64,000 nucleotides of DNA, from the NCBI GenBank assembly GCA_019828565.1, contig JAHDYR010000069.1, positions 62,001-126,000 of the forward strand, written 5' to 3'. Numbering within the stretch: position 1 is the first letter of the stretch; each line of letters opens with the position of its first letter. The DNA is from Carpediemonas membranifera BICM. Its lineage: Eukaryota; Protista; Fornicata. Below are positions 1 through 11,046 of this stretch, one piece after another. The position numbers were made by a program, and so were the translations under genes. Below the pieces are notes generated by a model that had not been told where the DNA came from, ran no database searches, and was given only the letters and a program-made list of their open reading frames with translations.

Positions 1-454
1 CCGCCTCCTTCAGACCCTTGAGTCTGAATGAGCGGGTCTCCGCAGAGGCTGAGTTGAGTTGTCGCAGATCGTGTATCAGCCTGTCTGATCCGTCTGACTT
101 TGGGGTCAGGAACAGGGGAGATATGAAGGACGGCTCCGTCGCTGGGACCATCACACCCAGTCCCAGGAGCTCCCTTACATGGGGACTCACGGCCGGGTCG
201 TCTCGGATCGGGGGAGGTCTGATCGGGGGGGCGTATTGGATGGGGACACCCTCCCGTATCCACGACACCGTCTGTTCGGCAGCTCCGAATCTTTCCCACG
301 TCCTCCAATGTCTCTGGGTTGTGGGGAATCTCGTTGTGGACGTGGGAAGAGATGTGGTCCCGGGGGAGCTGTCGGTTGGCGCCTGACCGACACGGGTTCG
401 GTCTTGGCATCCTAGGCCACATTGTGTCGTATGCGTCGTCAGCAAGGTTTCGTT

Positions 455-895
455 TCATGCCCTCTTTACACCCTTGGGGGTCTTGAAGGCTTCTCTGATC
501 TCGAGGTTGGGGAGCTTCGCCAGCTTCTCCACCACCGCTTGATCGATCTCGTCCTCTGCTATCTCCGGTTTCGCCAGGAGCATGGCGTCGAGCTTTCTGG
601 CTATCACAGCCGCGGCTTCGTACCCGAATTTGCTTTTGAGGAATAGGATCTTGTGTCGAACGTACAGTCTGTTCATGATGGCTTCGGCTGAAGCTTCGCC
701 CTCCTGGACATCTTCGTAAATCTCCTGGAGAAAGTCCGCTTCTTCCTCTAGAGCGGCTCCCTTCGGTTTCTCCCACTTCCTCTTCCTTCTGTTCTGCTTC
801 ATGAGCTGGAGCATTCTCTTCGTTTCCTGCAGTTCTTCCTTCAGCTTCCTCACCTCGGCGGCGGTGGCCGGCTTGTCCTCGGCCATTTTCTTCAA
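455..895 (-). CDS. Coiled-coil/basic ORF, probable ORF1-like fragment of a degraded retroelement that hosts the nested insertions
   Basis: 146-aa charged coiled-coil ORF with the same purine-rich coding-strand bias as the neighbouring non-LTR elements. No recognisable catalytic motif. Confidence 0.35.
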   Translation of the reverse strand: MKKMAEDKPATAAEVRKLKEELQETKRMLQLMKQNRRKRKWEKPKGAALEEEADFLQEIYEDVQEGEASAEAIMNRLYVRHKILFLKSKFGYEAAAVIARKLDAMLLAKPEIAEDEIDQAVVEKLAKLPNLEIREAFKTPKGVKRA

Positions 896-1015
896 ACATG
901 CGGGATCGATTCATCAACTGATTACTGCCCAACCTCTAACCATATTCAACCAGAGCCCTTACTGACCGGGCGTTCGGTGCCCACCACCGAGGGGCCGCAG
1001 ACCTACGTATGTTCT

Positions 1016-3092
1016 AAAAAAAAAAGAAAGAAATTTATGGTGCTTGGATTCTGACCCCGGACTGAGCTTGTTTCCCGTTGTCTTGGAGCTGAGTGCCCCG
1101 GGGTACTGCCTATTTCCCGTGGCAAACTGGTCAGCAGCGTTTGCCTTGGGCTTTCGGTGCTACTGTCTCCGCGGAAAGCCGATTCCAATCGCCCCAGAGG
1201 CCCTGCGGCCATCTCCGTGCAAATATGCTTTCCTGTCTCCCTGAAAGTCCGGCAACTATCCGGGGAGCCTGGGGGTCTGTCCTCGGGGCATTGACAGGCA
1301 GGATCGTCCTGCAGAACCTTGACTATGACACTCCTTGCTTCCCTGCAGTCCTTGTAGAGCCGTTCAGCCACGGCACCCTCTCGTCTGTCCGGTTCCCCAA
1401 TTCCATGCCCCCTCGACTCTGTTAAGAGGCCTACCCGAAGGCGGGGGAAAGTGACTAAGTCCATGCTGTCTACCCCGGTTAGGTGGCGTGGGTCAGGGCA
1501 TGGGTGGTGTACCCCCAGGCACTAGGCCTGGTTGTCCTGTTACCCCTTACAACATTTCGCTTGCACTACATGTCCTTGGTTTCCCATGTCGTTAACAAGG
1601 GCGGCAGGGGCACCTGTGCCCCTCCGACCCCCGTGGCCAGTCCCTGCAGTTTCCTTGGGGTCCCAACGAGTGGTGCAACCATATGAATATGGATTTCCTT
1701 GACCTTATCCTTGCTCTGTCCTTGTTGCATGTCCTTTCTTTCTTATTTCTGGTCTGTCCTTCCTGTTAATTCCTTGCAGTCGTTCCTTCCCTTGCTTTTG
1801 GTTCCTGGCTACCGGGATACGTGGGGCCTTTCCTCACTGATCCCAGGAGCTTAGCACCAGCGAGGGTGGTCCATGGCTGATTCCTTGTCCATCCCTTCCC
1901 GGTCCTGGAGTCAGGGGTTCATGACATGCTTCTATTCCACCTTGAAGCTGTTGTAAACCTTTGCCAGTTCCCGTAGTCCTGCCGTGAGGCCTTCCCAAAT
2001 GTCTATTTCTGTCCATGGGGTTCGCTGGAGTTCGCTCCACACTCCGTTCCCGAACACTTTGTCCCTTGCCTTTGCTCCCCTGTTGTTCACTGGGTCGCCC
2101 ATGCATGCTCTTATAGTCTCTTCCCATTGGTCCGAGCTCTTGATCCTGTTCAGCTTTGAGACTGTGACTGGCCCCTCCTTCTTTTTCATGGGCCAGGTGT
2201 GCACCTCGGGTATGGCCAGAGCCACGTCTCGCTCACTTCTGCCATAGTACCGTTGTTCCTTCCATGCTAGTGTGATTCCATTGTGTGCTGAGCCCCATAC
2301 CCCGACCTTCTGAGACTCTACCACCTCAATCTCCGCCCCCTGGATTCCTGGTGTTGTCACTGCAAAGTCCGGGGTTGATGTTCCTGATGTGAGCGTCCCA
2401 GACTTGGGTATGATGGCTTTGAGCCTGTGCTTCTCCATCATATCCTTCCACCGGGTGGATCTTTCCATCTGGCCTGGGTCGATGTTCCAGTCTCCCATAA
2501 TTATGGCCTCCATGCTCCCTTTCATGTCCATGATCTTCTGTATAGTGTCCCTGAATCCATCCTTCTCCTGCTTGCTGTGGCCGGATGGAGGGCCATACAC
2601 GTTGATGACTAGTATGTCCCTGCCGGTTCTCATTATGCTGGCTTGCACTCTTCCCGATAGGCTGTCCGTTATGCCGATGTCCCACTTTGCAGTTGCGTGT
2701 GGGCTCACTCTCGTGCCGATGCCTTCCCTTGTTCCCTTCCATCTTGGCGCAGGTTCGTCATTGCCTGCTATGCCTAGTTGTCGGTTGATGCGGTGCTGAC
2801 TTTTGACATCCGCCTTTCGTTTTTCGTTGGCTAAGACCAGGTCCTCTTCCGTCTCCCTCCCTGCTAGTGCGTAGTCAAGGTCCATGAAGCAATGAACCCT
2901 CGTATTCGCCGTTCTCCATGTCTCTTGTATGAGTACTGCCTCTATGTCCTTCAACCTTAGCTGAATCGCCGTTGCCATAGACGCCGTGAAGTCCTTTCCT
3001 CTTCCTATGTGTCCCTCTGTGTTCAGACTAAGTATCTTGTAGGTTACCATTGCCTTTGTCCTGTTTCCTTATCCTGCGAATTCCCAGAATTT
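1016..3092 (-). mobile_element. Non-LTR retrotransposon B, internally deleted (APE ORF plus degraded 3' part)
   Basis: Flanked by a 15-bp direct repeat ACCTACGTATGTTCT (1001-1015 and 3093-3107). Coding strand ends AAATTTCTTTCTTTTTTTTTT. The APE ORF starts 42 nt inside the 5' end. Confidence 0.75.
1932..3050 (-). CDS. AP-like (EEP) endonuclease of non-LTR element B
   Basis: Motifs SLNTEG, IQETW, INVYGP, MGDWN, TPDF and GSAH match the retrotransposon APE domain. Confidence 0.85.
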   Translation of the reverse strand: MVTYKILSLNTEGHIGRGKDFTASMATAIQLRLKDIEAVLIQETWRTANTRVHCFMDLDYALAGRETEEDLVLANEKRKADVKSQHRINRQLGIAGNDEPAPRWKGTREGIGTRVSPHATAKWDIGITDSLSGRVQASIMRTGRDILVINVYGPPSGHSKQEKDGFRDTIQKIMDMKGSMEAIIMGDWNIDPGQMERSTRWKDMMEKHRLKAIIPKSGTLTSGTSTPDFAVTTPGIQGAEIEVVESQKVGVWGSAHNGITLAWKEQRYYGRSERDVALAIPEVHTWPMKKKEGPVTVSKLNRIKSSDQWEETIRACMGDPVNNRGAKARDKVFGNGVWSELQRTPWTEIDIWEGLTAGLRELAKVYNSFKVE

Positions 3093-4363
3093 ACCTACGT
3101 ATGTTCTGTGACTTGCCGTGCTCCTGAAATTACGCAACAGAACAGGACACATCTGATTACATCGATCTCTCGGACTTCATCCGCTCGGTATTGTGGTGCA
3201 CTCTTGCGCCTTGTAGCCTTGCTATTCTCTCTATGCTCTCGAAGATGTTTGGTATGGCCGACAAGACGGCGGCCACCGCTTCGCTCCTGAGGCGAGCACC
3301 AGGCGTCGGGGGAGTCTCCCGACAGCCGAATTCACGCGCGAGACCTGGAGGTCGACCCGTAAATTCACTCCCCCCGTTTGGTTTGGCTAGACAGCCGAGG
3401 CGTCTGCCAAGTCAGACTGCGAGAGCCTTGATTGGTTGCATGTTGCCGCACGAAAGAAGAAGAAGAAGAAGAAATTTAGTGGGTTCCATATTGCGTTTGG
3501 GTTCGGCTTTGCTCATTGTCCTAGCAGGCCGAACATCCTCCCGCGTTCCGTGGGGGAGTCCTCCCCCTTTGTCAGCGGGGAGTAGCCTCACGGCAGGATA
3601 CTGCTTCTCCTTGAGTCCCATCCCGGATCACACCGGGGCCTTCGCCCCCTCCGTGCGTTACCGCTTTCCCGGTGTCCGTGCATCCAGTCCATACACGTCC
3701 ACTGTGCTTTCTCGGATAGGAAGGTTCCACAGGTGGGCTTTACCCCACTCCGCATTTGGTCTATAGTACTCTGGGTTTCCACATTTCCGTCCGTTTCGTC
3801 CTCCTCCGGCTCCTTCCTAATGGTGTCTGTGTCCTGAGGTCCGGCCCCCAACGGACCTGTTTAGGGCCCTCCCGAGGGTGGGGAAACCACTTTTGGTATA
3901 GCTGTCCGTCCCTCCACTCTCCTTCGGCCGCAGCCAGCCGGGTCGTGCCGTTCCTGACCCCTGTTCCGTCCACTTCGTAACCCTTCCGGTATCCACCGGA
4001 CACGACACTGGCCGGGGGGGCTGCAGGCGTACCGTGCAGTGGGTCCCCATCTACCGTCCGATGCTGTCCGTGGGTGCGCCCCTCCCAAGTTGTGTCAGTC
4101 CCTGGGGTGGCTATGTGTCCCTTGGGCTCACAGGGTTTCTCTACCGGGTACCTTTTCTTAGGTCATAACTCCACTTTCTTTTTGTCAGAAGGGTCTGGTC
4201 GCCGCCTTGGTTGAGCCAGCGATGTCCCAGGGGTATTCTCCATTTCCGTCCGTGCTTCCCCTCCAGTGTAGTGCACCTACCTGTACTGTAAGTTTCCTTG
4301 CCTACTGGGTAGGGTCCTCCGTGGTGTCCCCCACAAGTAGGGTGTCTTGTCCATGTGTCCGAT

Positions 4364-6356
4364 CTAGTCCAGTCCTATTTGTTCGCCTACCTTCCCCAGT
4401 CCTTTCATGCCTTCCTCCAGTCCCTTCCAGATTTCATCCTTGTTCCAGGCCATCATGCTGTGGAGCTCCAGGATGGGCCTGTCCTCATACCATCCGAACC
4501 CGGCCCTCCGTCTAAGCCTGCTCCCACTTGTTTCCCTCCTGGCTCTTTCTAGGAGTGCTGGCCATCTCGGGCCTCTGTCCACTGCTGGGCATTCACATAT
4601 GATATGCGATGCCGATCCCAGTCTGCTGTCCTCTGTCCACTTCCTGATCTTGTCCTCTCTCGCCTGTCCGGTGATATGGTTGTCCAGGATGTCCTGGAGA
4701 ACTTCTACTTCCGAGTTCAGTGTACAGAGCGGGCACAGTTTCCTTATGCTCACCTTGAGCTCCTCGTCCACTGCTAGGTACGCTATGCTCCTGTATACTC
4801 CCTCCTTGCTTGACGATGGCGACGGGCTGACGTTGCTGGACATTACCACCTTCCTCGTCCACTCCCCCCTCGTCTCTCCTTTTGTGATATTCCGTTTGGT
4901 TTGGGGTTTCCCCATGAGGGCCTTTCCTGCATTCCTTGCTCCGAGCCTTTCTATGAGGCTCTCTGCTGTCCGACTTTTGACTCTTTTTGCCAGTTTGATC
5001 CATGCGTTCCTCTTGGCTAGGTCCAGTTTGGCTCCTAGAGTCCCCGGTGTCCCGTATTTGACTAGTCTTCTTGACTGTCTCGCGAGGTTCCCCAGTACTG
5101 TATCTCCGTCCCAGTTAATCCGTCTCGGACTTATTGGCATGTCGATGTCCTCTTCACTTGCCGTCAGGAAAATCCTGGCTGCGAGTATTCCCATCTCTCC
5201 CTCAAAGTCCATCCATCCGTTTAGGGCTCTTGCCGCTGAGCCTCCTCCTGGGCCCGCTCCTGAGAGAATGCCCATCCAATCTGTCCATATTTTCCTGCCC
5301 CCCGGTACTTGGCCCCACACTTCTATTCCGAATGCTATCCTTGGCCATATGTAGGTCTGGAGTAGCAGTCTGCTGGCTACTGCCGGCATGTCCTTCCGTG
5401 TCCATCCTGTCCTTCGTACCAGTTTCTGGTATTTCTCACTCTGCTCCATTTTCTTGGCTATGCACGCCTTGAGGGGGTCCCTTCCGCTTGATATCCACAG
5501 TCCTAGGTACCTTTCACTCTCGCTAGCTTTGAGTGGGGTGCCTCCTAGTGTGATTTCCATGTCCTTGTCTCTTGCAATCAGTACGTTCTTGTCCAAGTTG
5601 ATCCTCATCTCGTGCGCTTCGACCACTTGGATGGCGATGTTGGATATCACCTCCGTATTTGTCTTTCCGTTCCCTGTGATCGCAGTGTCATCTACGAACA
5701 TTGTGATCTTTGCTGGGAGTTTCTCTCTGTATTTGTCCGGGGCCGGTTCAGGCAGCATGTCCACTGTGGCTGGTAGTCCTTGATGTAACTTCCGTATCAT
5801 CGTTGGCCAGTTGGCCATGAATAGTACAAAGAGCATGGGGGCGAGGACGCACCCCTGCTTTACGCCAGTGTTCGTCCTCTCCCACCTCTCCGCTCCGTCC
5901 ACTGTGATCCACGATTCCTCCAATGTGCCTCGGACTGCCCTTACTAATTGCGGGGCGACTCCCATCCTCACTAGCTTCCTGACTAACATGTCCCTTGGGA
6001 CTGTGTCGTATGCCTTAGCTATGTCCAACATGACTGTAGCCGCATCGTCCAATGTCTGGTGCAGTTGTACTACGTGCATGATCTGGTTTGTGACCTGTTT
6101 CCTTCCCTGGAAACCGGCCTGCTCCATTGGTAGGTATTTGTCCGCCGTATCCTGCAGTCTTCCTTTTAGGAGCCTTCCTATACCCTGTATAACAGGGGTG
6201 TGAGTGAGATTGGTCTGAACGACGCTGTCTCCATTTTGTCCTTCCCCACCTTGTGGATTGGGGACACGGTTGCGTATCTCCACGTGGTCGGCATCTTCCC
6301 TGTCCGGTAGACCTCATTCATGAGTGTTGTGACTTGTCTTATTCCCTGTTTTGGTA
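4364..6356 (-). pseudogene. Reverse transcriptase and C-terminal CCHC region of element A (N-terminal part at 11047-11310)
   Basis: QAGF, LDIAKAYDTV, GVKQGCVLAPMLF, FVDD, YLG and CPLC...HIICEC. Removing Gypsy-1 plus one ACTT restores AVGPDG...LRKLPKQG...WRYATVSPIHK...FRPISLT. Stop/frameshift near 6180. Confidence 0.9.
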
Positions 6357-6360
6357 ACTT

Positions 6361-6417
6361 TGAGAGCCAGTGCAGTTTATGTAAACAGATCTACCTGCGC
6401 AAGCCAACAATGGCACA
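6361..6417 (+). repeat. 5' LTR of Gypsy-1 (57 bp)
   Basis: Exact match to 10986-11042. Followed by palindrome AATATCGATATT (6417-6428). Confidence 0.95.
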
Positions 6418-9400
6418 ATATCGATATTCTGCTTCTACAGAATCACACAGTGGTCTATCCGTGATAGACGTCTCTTCCCTCACAACGGGGTACGAGATCT
6501 GGTTACGGGAAGTCGGTAACGTCAAAAGACCCCGTTCTTTCCCCCACGCATTCACGGCAAAGACCCTCGAGCTTCTACAAGCCACATGGCGGCCCACCTC
6601 CACGTTCCCGACCTTCGAGTCGTTCTGGGACTCCCTTATCCCTGACGTGGTCTCGCAGGCACAACACGCCAAGCAAGAACCTGACAGACACGCCACGTCG
6701 TGCCGCGCAAGATACCGCGCGATCATCGACGCTCTGCAGGACGATCTCTTCTTGCTCTGTGCTGCAGCCGCCAACACCTATAAGGACAGCCCGCTTCTCG
6801 ACCCGGCGATGCGCCGGATGCAGGCTGTTTACGACCGCGCCGAGGCCGAGCTGAACGATAAGCTCGCCAGCCTCTGCACGGCCAGCCACGACCGCCACGA
6901 GGCGGACCCGGATGCGACCCTCACCTTCGCGACGCTAACGAACCCCCTGGACGACAAACCGGCCCGATCGGCCGCGGATGTCGCGAGAATCGTCAACTCT
7001 CTCCCGTCAGCGGCAACGGCCGCCCCCTCCGCCCCCGTGTCCGTGCGTGACCAGCTTCGCGCCGAGGCCAGGACCATCCTGCCTCACCTGTACCTTACCC
7101 TGATGCCAACACTCGACCGCGGTGCACGCCTCAAGGCCATCACAAGCAAGGGCACCCAACTGTACGGCCAGAACGCGGCCCACCGCCTTAACACTCTGCG
7201 CCTGCAGAAGGCGTGCGACGGGTACAACCCCGTCGTCGAGGCCGATGGCTACCATAAGATCCCCGACAGCGCCCTCCGCGCTGCGGTCCGGTCTGTCGCC
7301 CTCAAGGGATACGACGACGACGCGATCCCGCTATACGAGGCGCTGATCGAGCGGGATTCGGACGGCAACTGGCGTCCCGCCCGCGACTGCATAGACGCCC
7401 TCTCGACCCTCGAGACCGACCATCTCGGCCAGATCGTCGTCCCCTGGCAGGCCTATGCCGTGTCGACCAAGACGAAGCCGATCCCGGCCGACAACAAGGC
7501 ACCGCATGATAACAGTCAGTGCTCGAACAAGGACACCTCTGCTCGCGAGGGCCAGCCGCTGAAGCCGAAGGCCCACAAGGTCGAAGGCCAGGACCCGTTC
7601 AAGCAGTTTAAGGACAAGGAGCATTTCTACATCCCGAAGTCTTTCAATCGCTGGTGTGACAGGCATGGCTGGAACTCAAAGCATACAACCAAGGACTGCG
7701 GAGCGAACCAACGCGATGGCGCCGTCGGCGAGGTCCAAACGACCTCCATTCCCATACAGACAACCGTAACGGTCGCCGGAACCGTCCAACTTCCAGCCAA
7801 GCTCGACACTGGCGCAGATGTCTGCGTCATATCCGAGCACCTCGCCCCAAAGATACCAGGAAACATCCAATGGCGCGAGTCGGACCTCCGCCTGTTCGCC
7901 GCGGACGACCGCGTTATCTCCGTGGGCAAGATCGCCACCATGTCCATCACACTCCCTGGCATGGATGGCAAAACCGTCACGCTCGACTGGGACGTCCACA
8001 TGATCACAGGCACCAGCGACAGGATGCTGATCGGCAAGGACCTCCTCAGGCACATCGGCTACGTCCTCAACGACCGCCTACTGATACTCCCGTCCGAGAA
8101 GCCGGATGATAAGGACGATCTAGAAGAGCACAACATGATCGACGCCGACGTCTTCGAAGCGGCGTCAACCTCGGACTCGAAGCATTCGCTCGCCGTCACG
8201 ATCCCGGACGACCACGGCACCGAGTTCGCCAACAAGGTCCGAAGCATCGTCGAGGAGTTCGATGAGGTGTTCGACCCGGCTCTCCCGCCCGAAGGCAGCA
8301 AACTACAGCCTCACAAGATCGAACTCACACGCGATTTTCACCTCAAGTGCCGTCCTCGACAGCTTGTCGGAGAGGCTGGCTCAGCCGCCCTCTCCGAGAT
8401 CGAGAAGATGAAGAAGCTCGGCATCATACGAGACAGCCAGTCCGAGCACGCCAGCCGCCACACGATGGCAACCAAGAAGAACGGCGAACCCCGCTTCTGC
8501 GTCGCATTCAACGATCTTAACGACGCCACGAAGGACGACGCCTTTCCCCTCCCCGATCTGAGGGACCTGCCCCACGAAGCCGGCGGATGCTCTTACTTTG
8601 CATCACTCGATCTCCGGTCCGGATACTGGCAGCAGCTGATGGAGCCGGCCAGCATCCCCCTTACCTCGTTCGTAGTCCCCGGGCACCAATTCGAGTTCCT
8701 CAGGGTCCCGTTTGGACTTAAGAACGCCCCCTCCAAGTTTCAACGAGCGATGGAGGCCGTGCTAGATGGCATCCCCGGCCACCGGGTCTACGTGGATGAC
8801 ATATTCCTCTACGCACGGACCGAAGAAGGATTCCTCAACACCCTGAGACTCACCCTCCAGAGAGCCAAGGACAACCGCCTGCGCCTCCGTGCGGACAAAT
8901 GTACCATCGGCGCCGCCGAAGTGGAGGTCTGCGGATTCATCATCAACAGCTCCGGCCGCTCGGTGAGCCCAGGCCGCGTCGCCGCGCTGAAGGAGCTGCC
9001 CGCCCCCACCACCGTCACAGAGCTCAGACGCACGATGGGCAAGTTTAACCACCTCGCAAACTACCTCCCGCAACTCAGCTCAGCCACAGCCCCCCTCAAC
9101 GCCCTCCTCAAGGGGTCACCCAAGAAGCTAGACAAGCTCCCTTGGACTGAGGAACACGACAAGGCATTCGCGGCTCTGAAGGAGCTGTGCACCGACAACA
9201 AGGCATTGGCACTACCCAACCTGACCTGCAAGTGGACACTTGAGACAGACGCGTCCACAATCGCAGCCGGCGGAGTGCTGTGGCAACACGAGGGCGACAC
9301 GAAGAAACCCCTCGCGTACTTCTCAAAGACGTTCACAGAGACCCAACGCCGCTGGGCGACGGTCGAGCAAGAGCTCTACGCAGTCATATACTGCATCACC

Positions 9401-10957
9401 CGGCCAGAGTTTAGCCAGATTCTCAAGCTGAAGCCATTCACCGTACTCACAGATCACAAGAACATCGTGTGGATGATTCGCAAGGCTGAGGAAGGGACGC
9501 GCAAGCTCACGCGATGGAGACTCATCCTATCCGAGTACCCCTTCGACATCATGCATATCGCAGGGACAAATAACGTCGTCGCGGACGCCCTCTCCCGCCC
9601 CAGCGGCGCGGCGATCAGCGAAATCGCCAGCAGCACCCACCGCTTCGACATTCAGCAGGCCCACGCTGGAGCCAACGGCCATGCTTCGATCAAACAAACG
9701 ATCGCCCATCTCAAGGAAGCCGGCAAGACCTGGTCTTCCATGAACTCAGACGTCGCGGAGCACGTCGCGACTTGCCCAGTCTGCCAGAAGCTCAAATCCC
9801 ACCCCATCGCCAAGGCCCAGTGGCATACGACCCAGAAGACCCGCCCATTCGAGGCGGTGCAGATAGACACGCTCGGCCCGCTTCCAAAGACGAATGGCCT
9901 CGCTCACGTGATCGTGTTCATCGACGTCTTCAGCAAGTTCACTGTGCTCAAGCCGGTTGCGTCAACCTCGGCAGAAGAAGCCGCCGACGCGATGCTCCAG
10001 GTGTGGTCGCTCTTCGGCGCACCCAGCCTGATCCAGACAGACCAGGGAAGTCAGTTCAAGAACTCAACCATCGCCGCTCTCAACAAGAAGATCAGCCTGA
10101 ACCACAGGTTCTCCACGGCGTACCACCCACAGAGTAACGGCGTTGTCGAGAGAGTCAATGGGACCATCATGCGCAGACTGCGCGCCCTGCTACTAGACTC
10201 AGAAACGACCGACTGGCCCGCACTTATCCCAATCGTGCAACACATTATCAACACTTCGACACACTCGACTACCGGCTTCACGCCGTTCGAGCTGCTTTTC
10301 GGACACACGTCCGCGCTCACGGCCCTCCCGGAGTCACGCATCATCAGCGCCGCCAAGGCGACGCAAGACACACCTACCATCCAGGCCATTAACGCATTCC
10401 ACACCGACATACAGGCCATGCACGACGCAGCCCGCGCGAAGATCGCCGCATACGAGCGTCACAAGGCCGCACAAACCCAACCGGCGGACAACTTCGACTG
10501 GAAACTCGAACGCCTAGTGCTCCTGAGATATCCTCACAAGGCCCCATCCAAGATTCTGCCTCCAGTCCGCGGCCCGCTACAACTCCTCAGGGAAGGGAAG
10601 AGCCCCAACACATTCGTCCTCCGTGACCTCGTCACCAAGTCCGAGCTGCTCGTCCACCAGGACCGCCTCATTCGCTTCGACCCAGGCACAGCAGACCTCA
10701 AGACACTCGAGCGCATCGCCGCATACGAACAAGACGAACAACAAGTCTCCGCCATCGTCGGCCACCGCGAGCGCAACCGACGCCTCGAGCTCCTCGTCCA
10801 CTGGGAAGGCCTAGAAGACTCCGAGGACTCGTACATTCCGTATAACGCATATTACGACCGCCTCGCCGCCCTGGATGACTACCTACGCCTCAACCCAGGT
10901 CTCACGCCCCTCTTCGCACGTTACAAGCGGAAGTTCCGGGGCAATGGCCGCCGTTAG
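6410..10957 (+). CDS. Gag-PR-RT-RNaseH-IN-chromodomain polyprotein
   Basis: Zn knuckle WCDRHGWNSKHTTKDC, protease LDTGAD, RT LDLRSGYWQ/YVDD, RNaseH ETDAS...TDHKN, integrase HHCC and DDE (QIDT, QTDQG, NGVVE), chromodomain LLVHWEG. The first element-encoded ATG lies in the LTR. Confidence 0.95.
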   Translation: MAQYRYSASTESHSGLSVIDVSSLTTGYEIWLREVGNVKRPRSFPHAFTAKTLELLQATWRPTSTFPTFESFWDSLIPDVVSQAQHAKQEPDRHATSCRARYRAIIDALQDDLFLLCAAAANTYKDSPLLDPAMRRMQAVYDRAEAELNDKLASLCTASHDRHEADPDATLTFATLTNPLDDKPARSAADVARIVNSLPSAATAAPSAPVSVRDQLRAEARTILPHLYLTLMPTLDRGARLKAITSKGTQLYGQNAAHRLNTLRLQKACDGYNPVVEADGYHKIPDSALRAAVRSVALKGYDDDAIPLYEALIERDSDGNWRPARDCIDALSTLETDHLGQIVVPWQAYAVSTKTKPIPADNKAPHDNSQCSNKDTSAREGQPLKPKAHKVEGQDPFKQFKDKEHFYIPKSFNRWCDRHGWNSKHTTKDCGANQRDGAVGEVQTTSIPIQTTVTVAGTVQLPAKLDTGADVCVISEHLAPKIPGNIQWRESDLRLFAADDRVISVGKIATMSITLPGMDGKTVTLDWDVHMITGTSDRMLIGKDLLRHIGYVLNDRLLILPSEKPDDKDDLEEHNMIDADVFEAASTSDSKHSLAVTIPDDHGTEFANKVRSIVEEFDEVFDPALPPEGSKLQPHKIELTRDFHLKCRPRQLVGEAGSAALSEIEKMKKLGIIRDSQSEHASRHTMATKKNGEPRFCVAFNDLNDATKDDAFPLPDLRDLPHEAGGCSYFASLDLRSGYWQQLMEPASIPLTSFVVPGHQFEFLRVPFGLKNAPSKFQRAMEAVLDGIPGHRVYVDDIFLYARTEEGFLNTLRLTLQRAKDNRLRLRADKCTIGAAEVEVCGFIINSSGRSVSPGRVAALKELPAPTTVTELRRTMGKFNHLANYLPQLSSATAPLNALLKGSPKKLDKLPWTEEHDKAFAALKELCTDNKALALPNLTCKWTLETDASTIAAGGVLWQHEGDTKKPLAYFSKTFTETQRRWATVEQELYAVIYCITRPEFSQILKLKPFTVLTDHKNIVWMIRKAEEGTRKLTRWRLILSEYPFDIMHIAGTNNVVADALSRPSGAAISEIASSTHRFDIQQAHAGANGHASIKQTIAHLKEAGKTWSSMNSDVAEHVATCPVCQKLKSHPIAKAQWHTTQKTRPFEAVQIDTLGPLPKTNGLAHVIVFIDVFSKFTVLKPVASTSAEEAADAMLQVWSLFGAPSLIQTDQGSQFKNSTIAALNKKISLNHRFSTAYHPQSNGVVERVNGTIMRRLRALLLDSETTDWPALIPIVQHIINTSTHSTTGFTPFELLFGHTSALTALPESRIISAAKATQDTPTIQAINAFHTDIQAMHDAARAKIAAYERHKAAQTQPADNFDWKLERLVLLRYPHKAPSKILPPVRGPLQLLREGKSPNTFVLRDLVTKSELLVHQDRLIRFDPGTADLKTLERIAAYEQDEQQVSAIVGHRERNRRLELLVHWEGLEDSEDSYIPYNAYYDRLAALDDYLRLNPGLTPLFARYKRKFRGNGRR

Positions 10958-10985
10958 CTGGCTAGCTTCGCCTTGAGGAGGGAAG

Positions 10986-11042
10986 TGAGAGCCAGTGCAG
11001 TTTATGTAAACAGATCTACCTGCGCAAGCCAACAATGGCACA
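10986..11042 (+). repeat. 3' LTR of Gypsy-1
   Basis: Identical to the 5' LTR, preceded by the PPT and followed by the ACTT TSD. Confidence 0.95.
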
Positions 11043-11046
11043 ACTT

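Larger units (their letters stand above)
6361..11042 (+). mobile_element. Gypsy-1: full-length chromodomain Ty3/Gypsy LTR retrotransposon with 57-bp LTRs
   Basis: Identical TG...CA repeats at 6361-6417 and 10986-11042, ACTT TSD, polypurine tract GAGGAGGGAAG before the 3' LTR, and a single intact polyprotein. Confidence 0.97.

Noticed and set aside
6356-6360. 5-bp TSD AACTT for Gypsy-1
   Set aside because: It would remove the terminal CA of the LTR, and Gypsy-2 and Gypsy-3 have unambiguous 4-bp TSDs.
6320-6409. ORF-track start at 6320 for the Gypsy-1 polyprotein
   Set aside because: It lies outside the element, in the antisense strand of the interrupted non-LTR RT.
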